Assembly (NCBI GenBank): GCA_013239625.1 | Contig: MU053994.1 | Span: 2,361,589-2,425,588 of the forward strand | Reading direction: 5' to 3' | From: Lama guanicoe | Lineage: Eukaryota | DNA length: 64,000 bases | In this document: piece by piece, positions 1-11,919 of the stretch | Layout: each line of letters begins with the position of its first letter | How positions within the stretch are numbered: the stretch's first letter is position 1 | Position numbers and translations under genes: made by a program | The notes under the pieces: generated by a model | What the model saw: the letters and a program-made list of their open reading frames with translations, nothing else | Database searches by the model: none | What the model was told of the DNA's origin: nothing

Positions 1-125
1 CATCTCATTTCCCTGCCTAAGCGTGTTGTGAGGTCTGTGGCGTGAGCATGACTCCCATTATACAGATGAGGTTGCCCACTGAGGCTCAGACAGCCCAAAA
101 GAGTTTGCCCCCAGAGTAGGCACCT

Positions 126-610
126 GTTTCAGTTAAGATTCTGTACAGAAACTCAAAACAGCTGTGGTTTAAACAAAATGAAAGTTTATTTTCTTTCCTA
201 TTAGAGTCAGGGGGTAGACAGGTCTGTTTCACAAAGTCATAAGGACTGAAGATCCATCCATTGCTTTGCCAAACCTAGGGTGTGGTCCTCACCTTTGTGA
301 TCTAAGATGGCAGCTCCAGCTCCAGCCATCACATTGGCATTCCAGGCAGCAAAATGGAAGAATGAGTGAAGAATAAAACAGGGGGAAAGAGAAGTATGTC
401 CCTTCCCTTTAAGGGCACATTCCAAAAGTTGCAGTCACCACTCCTATTTTGACTCTATAAATTAGTCACATGGCTGTACTAACTGCAAAGAAGGCTGGGA
501 AATGTAGTCTTTGTTCCCGTTGATCATGTGCCCAGGTGAAAATTGGGGTTTCTATGTCTATGAAGGAAGGGAGAACATATATTGGGAGAGAGCTAGTTGT
601 TTCTGCTACA
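126..610 (-). mobile_element. MLT1 (J/K-like) ERVL-MaLR solo LTR, ancient
   Basis: Reverse-complement MLT1 3' end (ggtttaaacaaaatgaaagtttatt) and internal motifs aagatggcagctccagctccagccatcac and ggctgggaaatgtagtc. Boundaries approximate. Confidence 0.7.
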
Positions 611-644
611 GTGACTTTGTCATCAAGGGGAGAAATTGGCTTTT

Positions 645-2087
645 AAAATTTTTTTATTGAAGTACAATCAGTTTACGATGTGTCAATTTCTGATGTATAG
701 CAACATTTCAGTCATATATTTACATATATTCATTTTCATATTGTATTTCATTATGGGTTACTACAAGATATTGAATATAGTTCCCTGTGCTATACAGAAG
801 AAATTTTTGTTTTTTATCTATTTTTATATATAGTAAATATTTGCAAATCTCGAACTCGTAATTTATCCCTTCCCACCCCCTTTTCCCCTGGTAACCATAA
901 GATTGTTTGCTATGTCTGTGAGTCTGTTTTTGTTTTGTAGATGAGTTCATTGGTGTTTTATTTTTCCTTTTTTAAAGTTCTACATTAAATGATATCAAAT
1001 GGTATTTTTCTTTCTTTTTCTGGCTGACTTCACCTAGAATGATGATCTCTGGGTCCATCCATGTTGCTGCAAATGGCATTATTTTATTTTTTATGGCTAA
1101 GTAGTATTCCATTATATACATATACCATAGCTTTGTCAGTGTCACGATACCATGTACACATACACACCGTGTGCGAAGAGAGCTGATGGCTACTCTGAAG
1201 CTTTATTAAGTTGCACAGTCTTATATAGCAAAGAAGAATGACAAGGGAAATGGTTAACAGTCAGTGTCTGGCTCAAGGTCAGAAGACCCTTTATGTTTTG
1301 GTAAATCATGTTCGTGTTGGCACCAGTGAGCCTTACAGCTTATCAGGGCGGAATGTATGAGAAACGGCTGCTTCAAACATTCTTCTTGGCCAGGCTGTGC
1401 CTAGGTTGCCCCCCTCTGGGGATCTTACCCATCCTTGGCTAACCAGCCTTCTCACCTCTGAGTCTGCAGCTTTCTGTAACTTGTTTACCATTCTGGCCCA
1501 AGGCTCATTCCTTCGTTCCCACAGTTGGGGACTTACAAGCTTCTTTATCCAGTCCTCTGTTGATGGACATTTAGGCTCTTTCCATGTTTTGGCTATTGTA
1601 AATAGTGCTGCTATGAACATTGGGGCGCAGGTGTCATCCTGAAGTAGATTTCCTTCTGGATACAAGCCCAGGAGTGGAATTCCTGGGTCATATGGTAAGT
1701 CTATTCCTAGTCTTTTGAGGAATCGCCACACTGTTTTCCATAGTGGCTGCACCAAACTGCATTCCCACCAGCAGTGTAGGAGGGTTCCCCTTTCTCCACA
1801 GCCTCTCCAGCATTTGTCATTTGTGGATTTTTGAATGACGGCCATTCTGACTGGTGTGAGGTGATACCTCATTGTAGTTTTGATTTGCATTTCTCTGATA
1901 ATTAGTGATATTGAGCATTTTTTCATGTGCCTATTGACCATTTGTATGTCTTTCTTGGAGAATTGCTTGTTTAGGTCTTCTGCCCATTTTTGGATTGGGT
2001 TGTTTGTCTTTTGTTATTAAGTTGTAATGAGCTCTTTATATATTCTGGAGATTAAACCTTTGTCAGTCGCATCATTTGCAAATATTT
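645..2087 (-). mobile_element. 5'-truncated LINE-1 (ORF2 C-terminus + 3'UTR), young camelid-type, interrupted by a solo LTR
   Basis: ORF 1333..1941 encodes L1 ORF2 C-terminal motifs ([38 protein letters not shown]). Perfect TSD ggagaaattggctttt at 629-644 and 2088-2103, at a TT/AAAA L1 endonuclease site. Confidence 0.95.
1134..1537 (-). mobile_element. Solo retroviral LTR (404 bp), family not recognised
   Basis: TG...CA termini (minus strand TGTAAGT...ACTGACA), perfect 5-bp TSD agctt at 1129-1133 and 1538-1542, minus-strand TATATAA (1221-1227) and AATAAA (1202-1207). Removing it restores contiguous L1 sequence. Confidence 0.9.
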
Positions 2088-2329
2088 GGAGAAATTGGCT
2101 TTTAAATCTAGTTTTTGTGACTCCAAATTCTACCTTCTTTCCCCTCCACACCATGTGGTATCTCTTATGTGTCATCTGATTCACAGAACCATAGCATTTC
2201 CTCACTAGGGAACACTTTGGGTCAACCTATTCTCCCTTGATTGGATGCCTGAATTGGCTCCAAAACTGCCTGGACTAAGGGCCACCGCCTCTCTTGAACA
2301 TCTCCTAGGCCAGCTCATTTAGAAGTAGC

Positions 2330-2580
2330 TCTGATTGTTCACAGAGATCTTTCTGTGATTGAATCCAAACCAGTTTCCCTGGTCCCTCGGACCATTGGTC
2401 CTCGTCCTGTCCCTTTGTACCTCTCAGAGCAGACAGCATCTACTCCTTTCTTCCCTCCTCTGCAGAGCAGCCCTTTAGAGGTTTGAAAAAAGACCCTCCT
2501 GATCCCCCTGTGTCCTCTCTTCTCCAGGCTAAATGTTCATGTGCCCCTAACCAGCCCTCAGGCGGCCAGATGTTGAGGTC
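2330..2580 (-). mobile_element. Possible CR1/L3 LINE fragment
   Basis: ctctcttctccaggctaaatg resembles the antisense CR1/L3 3' region; highly degenerate. Confidence 0.4.
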
Positions 2581-2884
2581 CTTCGCTGTTCTGGACATCC
2601 CCCTGCTGATGGACGCTCCTTCCCCTGGACATCCTCCTCTTACACTGTGACTCCCACACTAGGGACACACTCCACAAGGGGAGAGGGATCTCCCCGAAAA
2701 CCAGAGCTACCAAGGGTACCAAGCCCTCAATCACTTCAGCAAGAGGGACTCATGTAGGGTAAATGCAGGGACTGTTAGAGGTCTGTGTCCACACGCTAAA
2801 TTCGCTGTGACATGCATGGTGGGGACGGGGCTGGAATAGAGGACCCCAACACTTTGACATTTGGGATGTCTCTGGGATTCTAAG

Positions 2885-3243
2885 TGTTACAGACTGCATG
2901 TCTGTGTTACCCACTCCCCGCTCCTCATTCATAGATTGAAACCCTAATCCCTGATGTGATGGCTTTTGGAGACGGAACCTTTGGGAAGTAATTAGTCATG
3001 AGGATGGAGCCTTCGTGGCAGAATTACTGCACTTGGAAAAGACATAAGAGAGCTTTCTCTCTGTCTCTCACTCTCCCCTGGTCTCTCTCTGTCTCCCTGC
3101 CGTGGAAGGGAACCAGGAAGAGGGTTCTCACCATGCTGGTACCCTGATCTCAGACTTTCAGGCTTTAGAACTGTGAAAAATAAATGTTTGTTGTTTAAGG
3201 AACCGTTCCATCCTGTGGTATTTTGCCTGAGCTAACTAAGAGA
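2885..3243 (+). mobile_element. MLT1A-like LTR
   Basis: ttgaaaccctaatccctgatgtgatgg...ctttgggaagtaattag...ccctgatctcagactttc...agaactgtgaaaaataaatgtttgttgtttaag. Confidence 0.8.
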
Positions 3244-3260
3244 TTAACAGCTGATTTCTT

Positions 3261-3425
3261 TCTTTTTTAATTAATTAATTACTTATTTATTTAAACATTT
3301 TTGTTGAGGGTGGGTAATTAGGTTGTTTTGTTTTGTTTGTTTATTTTTAATAGAGATACTGGGGATCGAACCCAGGACCTCGTGCATGCTAGGCGTGCAT
3401 TCTACCGCTGCGCTACACCCTCCCC
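3261..3425 (-). mobile_element. tRNA-Ala-derived SINE (Vic-1-like), inserted in an old L1 ORF1-region fragment (~3242-3530, +)
   Basis: Reverse-complement head GGGGAGGGTGTAGCGCAGCGGTAGAATGCACGCCTAGCATGCACGAGGTCCTGGGTTCGATCCCCAGT, A-rich tail, TSD cagctgatttctt at 3248-3260 and 3429-3441. Confidence 0.9.
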
Positions 3426-3585
3426 TAGCAGCTGATTTCTTGGCAAGACCATGGAAGCCAGAAGGTAGTGAGATGGCGTATTCAAAGCACTGAAAGAAAA
3501 AAAAAACTGTCAACCAAGAGTTCTGATTCTGACAGAGCTGTCCTTGCAGGGACAGCCCAGGCCCAGGGATGACATCTGGGTGCTT

Positions 3586-4230
3586 GTATCAGTTAGGACT
3601 GAATTTGCTGCTGGTAACAGAAAACCCAGCTAACAGTGGCACATATGAGAAAGATTCTGTCTCTTGCAACAAAAAAATACAGGTTGGCGTAATGGCTCCA
3701 CCATGTTGTCAAGGACCCAATCTCCCTATTTTCTTTCTTTTCTTTAACTGAAGTACAGTCAATTACAATGTGTCTATCTCTGGTGCACAGCACAATGTCC
3801 TAGTCATGCATATACATACATATATTCATTTTCATGTTCTTTTTCATTAAAGGTTATTACAAGATATTGAACATAGTTCCGTGTGCTATCCAATCTCCTA
3901 TTTTCTTGATTTGCCATCCTTAACACGGGGCCTTTATCCTCATGGCTGCAAGATGGCTGCTGCACTTCCAGGGACGGCAACTGTGTTTCAGAAAGGGGAA
4001 TGCAAAAGACAAAGGATGGTTTAAAGGGGAAATGTGATCTTTTTCCTGGAAGCCCCGACTTGTGAGTTTTGTTGGTGCCTCATTGACTAGCACTGGGACC
4101 TGTGTCCCCTGCCCAGATGCAAGGGCATCTGGGAAGAGAAGCATTTTAGTTTTCCAGCTTCTGTAGTAGAAGATAATGGAAAAGAGGGTTGTGAATGGTT
4201 TTGAGGTGGCCTTTCCAGTGTGTGCCAGTG
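3586..4230 (-). mobile_element. MLT1 (J/K-like) LTR interrupted by a short L1
   Basis: tcagttaggactgaatttgctgctggtaacagaaaaccc...catggctgcaagatggctgctgcacttccag; boundaries approximate. Confidence 0.6.
3736..3889 (-). mobile_element. Very short 5'-truncated L1 3' end
   Basis: Same 3'UTR as the L1 at 645-2087; TSD ccaatctcc(c)tattttctt at 3717-3735 and 3890-3907. Confidence 0.85.
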
Positions 4231-4354
4231 TTGTTCTGCAAAGTAGAGGAACTGGGTTCAACAGCCTCTCAACTCCTTTCCAGTTGGGATCGTGTGGGAG
4301 TGGGCTGGTAAGAGGCTGCATGAGCTAATGGGAAAAACCACTTCAAGGGCTTTG

Positions 4355-4550
4355 TCATCATACAGTCTGGAGTTTTAGTCCTGGCTCTGTCATAACAAGC
4401 TGTGTGACCTTGGATAAGTCACTGAACATGTACTTTAATGTGTAGAAGGGGGATGATGATATTCACTTCTCCAGGGTGCTGTGAGAGTCAGTCATGTGTC
4501 CAGTTCCCAGCGCAGCGATGGGCACAGAGTAGATACTCATCAAAGTAGTA
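4355..4550 (+). mobile_element. MIR SINE
   Basis: agtcctggctctgtc...agctgtgtgaccttggataagtcactgaac core. Confidence 0.7.
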
Positions 4551-5254
4551 TTAGAGTCCAGCTGAATCTGACTGGTGAGTCTCGTGGGGAGCCAGGGTTC
4601 TGCTCAAGCTTCTCCCAGAGCCAGGACCTGCCTCCTCTCTCCCTCCCCGCCAATCACAATCACTAATGGGGACCAGTAATGATCCAGATCATGCTGGAGC
4701 CCCTAAGGGAGCAAACTAATTGGTCCTGGCGGAGACCATTTGGACCACCCAGGCAGGCAGCTCAGCACGGATGGAGGCCGCCTCGGTGGATATTAAACAT
4801 TCGCCGAACAGCAGAGTGGAGATGCTGGCAAGGCTGTAATCAGAGTAGGGCTGGCAGGTGCTGGGGCTGCAGACGAAGTACAACTCTGAGCGTAAGATGG
4901 TCCCGGGGTTGGGACCCTGAGCCAAGAAGCGCCTCCTGGTGCACGGCCAGGGTGTCTTCTCCAAGGAGGAAGCCGCGCATGCAGCCCTGTGAGTTTCTTA
5001 AAATGAGCCGAAAGGGCTGCTGCTGCCGGCAGAGGAGCTCAGGGCCTCTCCCTTTCCTGCAGGAGGTTGTAGTCCTCCTGACGCGATTCTGGCTCCCTTT
5101 GCCAGGACTACTTGGCTGATCTGAAGGAGGTTGGGGGCCTTTGATGACACTGGCTGATGACCCAGCTGAATGAGGCTTGGAAGGGCTAATTGAGCAGCGT
5201 GGGCAGGGCGAGCGGGGGGCGTCGTCTGCCTTCTGAGGACCTTGATTTGGCCCT

Positions 5255-5642
5255 CGTTATGGGCTGCATGGTGTCCCTCCCCTGATCCGTACATTGACTG
5301 AAGTCCTAACTGCTGTTACCTCGGAAGATGACTGCGTTTGGAACTAGGGCCATTAAAGAGGTAACTTAGTTAAATGAGGTCACATGGATGGGCCCTAATC
5401 CAGTCTGACTGGTGTCCCTGTAAGAGGAGATTGGGATACACACACAGAGGGAAGATCATGTGACAACACAGTGAGAAAATGACTGTGTACAAGCCGTCAG
5501 GAGAGGTCCCAGAAGAAACCAACCCCGCTGACACCTTGGTCTTGGACTTCCAGCCTCCGGGAACTGAGAGACAATACATTTCTGTGGTTTAAGGCACCCA
5601 GTCTGTGGTACCTTGTCATGGTGGCGTGAATACATCAGTACA
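5255..5642 (+). mobile_element. MLT1B-like LTR
   Basis: gttaaatgaggtcac...gggccctaatccagtctgactggtgtccc...gacaccttggtcttggacttccagcctcc...atttctgtggtttaag. Confidence 0.85.
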
Positions 5643-5814
5643 GAGCCCACAACCCTGTTCTGCGCCTTCATCCTGCAAAGAGAAGGATGCCAGTTTGAAT
5701 TGATTGACATTTATCATCCATCTTCTCCTGCCTGGAAACTGCCACACGCACTGTCTCTATTATTATCAGGAAATAATAATAGCCAATGGGAGCTGATTGT
5801 GGCTAACAGTGTGG

Positions 5815-7864
5815 TCTGGAGACGAAACGGTTTGAAGGAGTCTCTTTACCAAAAAGAACACGAAATTGCAAACACAAAACCGAGTATGAAAGTAAATGTT
5901 TAAATGAGAAAAGAAATAACAAATTACAAAATTTAAAGCCCTCAGGCTTCATAAAGTCTAGAAAAAATATATAATATTTTTAGTAATTAACTGTCTGACA
6001 CACTTTTTATGATTCCTTTTTCTACTTTTTTGGGCTGCACAGCTTTGATCGTCTTTTCACATGGCAACGATTTTTTTTAACATCTTTTTTATTGAGACAA
6101 TAGAAAGATTATTCAGCCTTTCCTGCAGCACGCTTGACCTCCTTTTTATAAAATTATTAACAATGTTGTGAAGTTTCTCTTAGGTTCACAAGTTGTCATT
6201 GGTAATTAGTTCCCATTGTGATGTAATCACAGAGTAACATTTTGAAGCGTCTGTAGATCTCCTTTCAGTTTATTTTTGACGGCGATCAAGATGCTTCCAT
6301 CTTTCTGTCCTACTTGAATGTTGGTATGATCAGTATTCTTAAAAAAACACACACACCAAAATTGAGCTGCATGATTGCATAATAAAATAAAATTACTCCT
6401 ACTGCTAACTACATTGATGTACTGATGATCACATGAGCTTTGTCACTGGAGCACTTGTTTCTTCAGGCCCTTCTGCTGCATCAGTAGCATTTTGTGTGCC
6501 TTTTTTTCCGGGATCCACTAGACTTTATCAGGACAAGATATATTAGATATGCCGAGAGGCGACCTGAGATACTGGGATGCATCAAACTCACTGCTCTCCA
6601 AGCAGATCTGTTTATGTCTGTAGGACTGCTACAGTTTTGTGCCCTACAAACACATGAATTCTGATAAATCCGATTTTGTGCAATCCCCTTCAGAAAAGAA
6701 AGAAAACTCTATGGTGTGTTATTAATTGCAAGCACTGCATTATTGAGTATATTCCTGACAGAAGCAAATTTCCATTTTGTCTAGACATCGCTGAGAACAG
6801 GATTTGTCACTTATAATTTTCCATGTCCGATGATTGGACGATTTTCCCCAGACTAGCTTCTGGTACCACACACTGCAAGCTTTGTTTCTCTCCACTACGT
6901 ACATACTTTTGGAGGCTGGGAGCCATAGGATACTGTGACAGATTGTATTTTCCAAAGTGGTCGCAATAAGATCGCCCATCCACATGCTCTTCTTGTAATG
7001 GGATATTGACATTCCTCTCACTGAGGCATGGCGCCTGTCCTTCCCCACGAATCTGAGTGGGTCTGTGATTACAGCAGAAGTGACGCTAGATGACTTCCAA
7101 GATTGGGTCATAGAAAGTGATACAGCGTCTGCCTGGCCCTCTTGGGACACTTGCCCTCGGAACCCAGCCACCATGCTGTGAGGAAGCTCAGGCCACACAA
7201 AGAGGTCACAGCCTGCCAGCTGAGGTCCGAGCCAACAGCCAGCATCAACTACCGGGTATGTGAGTGGGAAGCCTCCAGCTGATTCCAGCCTCCAGTCTTT
7301 GAGCCACCCCAGCTGGCACCACATGAAGCAGTGACAAGCTGCCCCAGCTGAGCCCCGCCCATTGCAGACTTGTGAGCAAGAGAAATGATTGCTGTTGTTT
7401 TAAGCCAACAACTTAGACTCTGGTGTGCCTTGCTGTGTCGCAGTAGACACTCACGACACATACAGTTATATTGTGCACCTCCAAGTCGCAATATACAGCG
7501 AGTCAGCACAGAGGGCAGGAGGAGTGTTCCCAAAGGCCGCTTCTACTCTGCCCTGTGTGATGGCCAGCACCAACTTCACATGGAAGTGGCTGCAAGTCAT
7601 ATATACCTACATCCCTAAACAAACACGAATTGCATCCTCACTTCCACTTCTCCTTAGCAAGATCCCAGACATACCCAGGGCTACTCTTATACCACCAGAC
7701 CCAGTGGGAGGTGTGATGGAAGGGCAGTCAAACTGGAAAGAGACGGTGGTCTGTACAGAAAATACAAGCACCTTACTCCGCCTGAGCCGAGCTTGGAAGG
7801 GGCCAGTGTTAAGTGAGGGACCCTGAAGCTTAAGCTTTATAGGTTCACAGTAACTCTACTTCTG
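5815..7864 (-). mobile_element. hAT-Tip100 (Zaphod/MER115-like) DNA transposon remnant, interrupted by an MLT1
   Basis: 7790-7864 reverse complement reads cagaagtagagttactgtgaacctataaagcttaagcttcagggtccctcactt, matching the recalled Zaphod/MER115 terminus; AT-rich internal remnant. Left boundary uncertain. Confidence 0.55.
6934..7420 (+). mobile_element. MLT1G/H-like LTR
   Basis: tgtgacagattgtattttccaaag start; ggaacccagccaccatgctgtgaggaagc; gctgttgttttaagcca. Confidence 0.8.
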
Positions 7865-9129
7865 TAGCTAACATTTCCTGAATGCTTGTAAGTGCTAGGT
7901 CCTGGGCTAAGCTTTTACACGAATGGTCATATCTGAGCTTAAATTAAGACCATATAGGTGGGTACCGTTCTTCCCATTTTACAGATAAGAAAACAAGCCC
8001 AGTATAATTCAAATATGGCCATCGTGTACTTATTGAGCCCTTGATTTTATAACTAATAACTATTTGTGTATTATCTGACATTGTACGAAGGATCTGCACA
8101 TCTGTCATGGGTGTTACACCTGCAACAACCCTCCAGGCACAATTTTTATGTCCATTTTATAGAGATGCACGTTGAGACGAGGTACCGAACTGGTATTGTG
8201 GTAAATATGAAGTGTAAGATGCGTTATTTACCCTCAAGAGTCTGGGTTCCTCCAAAGGGATAAGAAATGCTTTTAAGGTGGAGAAAGTAACCGAAGATGC
8301 TGGGGATGATAGCATGACGTGGGGTAGGAGTTCTGAAACACTGTGCCTCGTGGGAAACAGACCTCAAGGCAGGGCCTAAGAAGTGGGATCCTACTCATGT
8401 GAAAGTTGAGTATCACCTTAGTGCTCCACCTACCAAGGATAGATTTCCCCTTCCGGTGGACTCATGTGCCCTCTTTGGGTGAAGTCATGGATAATTAACA
8501 AACATTTACTAAGGTCCCTTGGGGCATAAGACCCTGAACTAGACTCTAGTCTTGCCTTTGAAGAGCTTTGAGTACTGCTGAGAAGAAAATCAAATAATGG
8601 TAATAAATTAACTATTGCTACAATTCTTTGAGAATCGGTCACCCTGCTAGGCATTTCCCCTCTCCATTATATTGTTCAAGCCTACATACAATTTTGTGGA
8701 GATGAGCGTTACTCTTCTCCTTTATAAGAAGGGAGAGACTTGGAAGACTGTAATTTACCCAGATCCACACATATTAAGTAGCAGGATGGGCAAGGACTTC
8801 TTGCCTCCATGCCCACGCTTTTCACTCTGGTTAATGCTATAGAGTTCTAATCAAGAAGGAGTCCAAAGAGGTGTCCTAGAAAGCCAGAGTGAAGAGGGCA
8901 GGAGGGCATCTGTTTCCACAGAGAAGGGAGAGCCTTACGTGCAGAGGGTAGGGTCCATTTATCCTGGCAGAGAGATGTGGGGCAGGCATTGGAGGGGAGG
9001 GGGCAGCATGAACGAAGGCAGAGATTGACAGGACATTGGGAGTAGTGCACAAAAAGAGACTTCAGCAGAAGGTGTGCAGAGATGGTGGGAGATGATTTAT
9101 TCTTACATATTTGATGGGATTGTTTTATG

Positions 9130-9570
9130 GCTACTGTGAAATGATGTATTTTTTAATTTCCCAATTTTAATTTTAGTTGCTAATATATAGAAATACAATT
9201 GATTTTTTTTGTATATTTACCTTGTCCCATGACCTTGCTAAGTTCATATATCAGTTCTAGTAGTTCATTTGTAGATGTCCTTGAGTGTTCTACAGACACA
9301 ATTATATCAGCTGAAGACAGAAACAGTTTTACTTCTTTCTTTCCAATTTGTATGCTTTTTCTTGCTTTATTGCACTGGCTAGGACCTCTAGTGCAATGTT
9401 GACTAGAAGTGATGAGAGTGGACCTCTTTGCCTTATTCCCAAACATGGGGGGAAAGCAATTCAGTATTTCCTGATTAAGTATGAAGTCAGCTGTAGTTTT
9501 TTTGTCGATCCCCTTTATCAGATTGAGAAAGGTTTCTTCTATTTCTAGCTTGCTCGGAGGCTCTATCATG
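9130..9570 (-). mobile_element. Old L1 ORF2 (reverse transcriptase region) fragment
   Basis: ORF 9180..9569 has degenerate L1 RT motifs (KLEIEETFLNLIKGI, IQIGKKEVKLFLSSADII, LLELI). Confidence 0.85.
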
Positions 9571-9914
9571 AACTAGCCAAGCCTTCTTAAAATACATAGC
9601 CTGGTCTCAGTTGTGCCATGGGGAATTAAGGAGGGCCATGACTTTTCGTTCATTCATGGGGTATTTATTGACTTGGGTCAGTGGTCTTAGTTGGGCGGTA
9701 AGGGTGACAGACAGCAGCAGTCATTAGCAGAACATGGCCGTATCCAGCTGAGTGGTAATCTCTCCAGGTCATCAGCAAGCAGAGAGAGCTGCATGGTGAC
9801 CAGACAGGGCAGAGCAAAGGGACCAGTAGACTGGTTTCAGGGCACAAGTAAGGCAGCACCGCGGGGAAGTCTAGAACTAATTGGAGGGTATGGGAAATGG
9901 AAGTGCTAATTTCC

Positions 9915-10060
9915 AGCATTATCCCCACATACAGATGAGGAAGCCGATGTACAATAAGGACTAAATAATTTGCCCCAGGTCGCATAATAGTAAGTGGTGG
10001 AGCTGGCATTTGAACCCAGGCAGTCTGGCTCCAGAGCCCATATTTCTCACCACTATACCA
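9915..10060 (-). mobile_element. MIR SINE
   Basis: acagatgaggaagcc...tttgccccaggtc...taagtggtggagctggcatttgaacccaggcagtctggctccagagccc. Confidence 0.85.
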
Positions 10061-11919
10061 TCCTATCTAAGCCATGATCTGATTGTTCCATCCTTTACCC
10101 CTATTCCCCTTTGGATAGAACTGATATGCAACTCTGTCCTCATGGTGACCAGTGTCACTGTCTTCACTCTGCTGGATGCAACTCCACTTGTTCTGAGGAC
10201 CCCAGGCTGGAAGGAAACCCAGGATTGGCCTGGATCCAGCACAGGTGCTCAGATTCTGCAAGTGTGGGTAGGGCCTCAGTTTCCAGGTTGGGTGTTTATC
10301 TTCGAGGTCGAAGTCAAGCTTGCCGAGGGGGCCAGGTCTCTGCGGAGGGTGAGGGCAAAGTTGCGTGGAGTCACTCTGTGGGGAAGGGTGGTGGCCTAGG
10401 TTTGCATTTTATTTGTAAACCTTTTCCTTCAATGTAGCCCTGTCAAGGGATGACTCAGCTGCAAGGTGTATGTGTTTGAAAATTTTCAAATCAAAATGGT
10501 TCCTTTCTTCTGTCCCAGCTTCTCCTCATCTGCCTGACCCCATCACTTCTGCCGATTGGTGTCTCTCATTTAATAATGGGCAGTGGACTCCCTGTAACCC
10601 TTCTGACAAATGACCATGCCTACTCCCATCTGTCTCAGCTATCTGACCTCAGGGACCTTGAAAATAGGGCTTGTCCCTCCCTTACATTATACACAGTTCT
10701 GCGCCCTTGAAAGGCAGTGTTTCTTGGACTTAAAATGTTTATTATGCCTCGTTGTACCTCTTGTGAAGAGACTTTCTTATAAAACTCTGCTGTGATCAAC
10801 TATACCCCCTTGCTTTCTTGTAGATTATTTCTGCCAGACAATTCAGCCAATGGGCTGGAATGAATGCAAACTGCTCTTCTCTTCTTCCTAAAAGCGTCAG
10901 CGCAGCATGCGCGACGAGACTGAGCAATCATGGACTTTCTCTGCCATTTCACCCAGGGTGTGTGAGATTCCAGGGGGGCCGTGTGGTTTCCCGAAAGTGG
11001 AGGTCGAGAGTGAGCCCTTCTGTCCAGCACGAGAGCCCAGCCCTCTGGCTGAAGAACAGACCAACCACAGCACCACGGCCAGGGCTGAGCGGGGAACATT
11101 TGGAGCTGGTGTAATTGCTTATGTAGTTTTAATTGCTCATTTATCATGCTAACAGGCCCAGAGTACTGATCGTTTGCGACGTGCTCAGTAATTAAAAGAC
11201 CCGGGGTGAGCTAGGGTGATGAGAAGTGATGGGGTGAAATGAGGTAAAGAAAGGCCAAAATGCCCAGCCCAGGAGGCGAGTGGTGGTGGCAGGGGGGAGG
11301 CAGTGGCTTGTCCCCTTTCTGACCCCCTAGCGAAGGCTCTGTCCCACACCATTTTCCAGTTGCTGGTTTGAATCCGAGAGCCACTCTGCTCCCAGCTCCC
11401 CGGGAGGAAACCCAGTCCCTGGGCAGCACTGTTCGGTTTGCAAAGAAAGCACTTCTGCCTCTGTGGTCCCATTTACTCCTCGATGGCCCTGTGTGATGGA
11501 GATGATTTGGACCCCCAGTTTTCACGTAAGGAAAGAGGCTCCAGGAAATGCTTTGTCCAAGACCACATGGTGGCCGGCAACCCAAACCCGCATCGGGTCA
11601 TTCCAAATCTCTGGCTCTCTCTTCCTTCGGGATAGTAAAACACCGGGTTTTCTCTTGGCGCTGTTGACATTGCTGCAGTAGTTGGATTCTGGAATGACTA
11701 TCCACCGGTTAAGGGAGTTTATAATTAAAAGCCGATTCCTAGGTCCACCTTCAGTAAGCGTGGCAGGGTTTCCAGGGGTGGGGGTGGGCGTCTGTGTTGA
11801 GGAAGCACCCCCCACCCCCGCCAACTCGGCAGCTCTGCCCATTGTCCAAGGTTAGGGTCCTCTCCTCAAGGGCTCATCATTGGCCCCAGCCCCTCTTCAA
11901 AGAAAAGCATCATGGCAGG

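Noticed and set aside
1333..1941. 202-aa ORF as a novel L1-LTR fusion protein
   Set aside because: It is the ORF2 C-terminus of a 5'-truncated, promoterless L1 reading by chance into the inserted LTR after ...DWIKK; no evidence of expression.
4679..5119. 146-aa ORF in GC-rich unique DNA
   Set aside because: Arg/Trp/Pro-rich low-information translation with no recognisable domain or exon structure; consistent with chance in GC-rich DNA.
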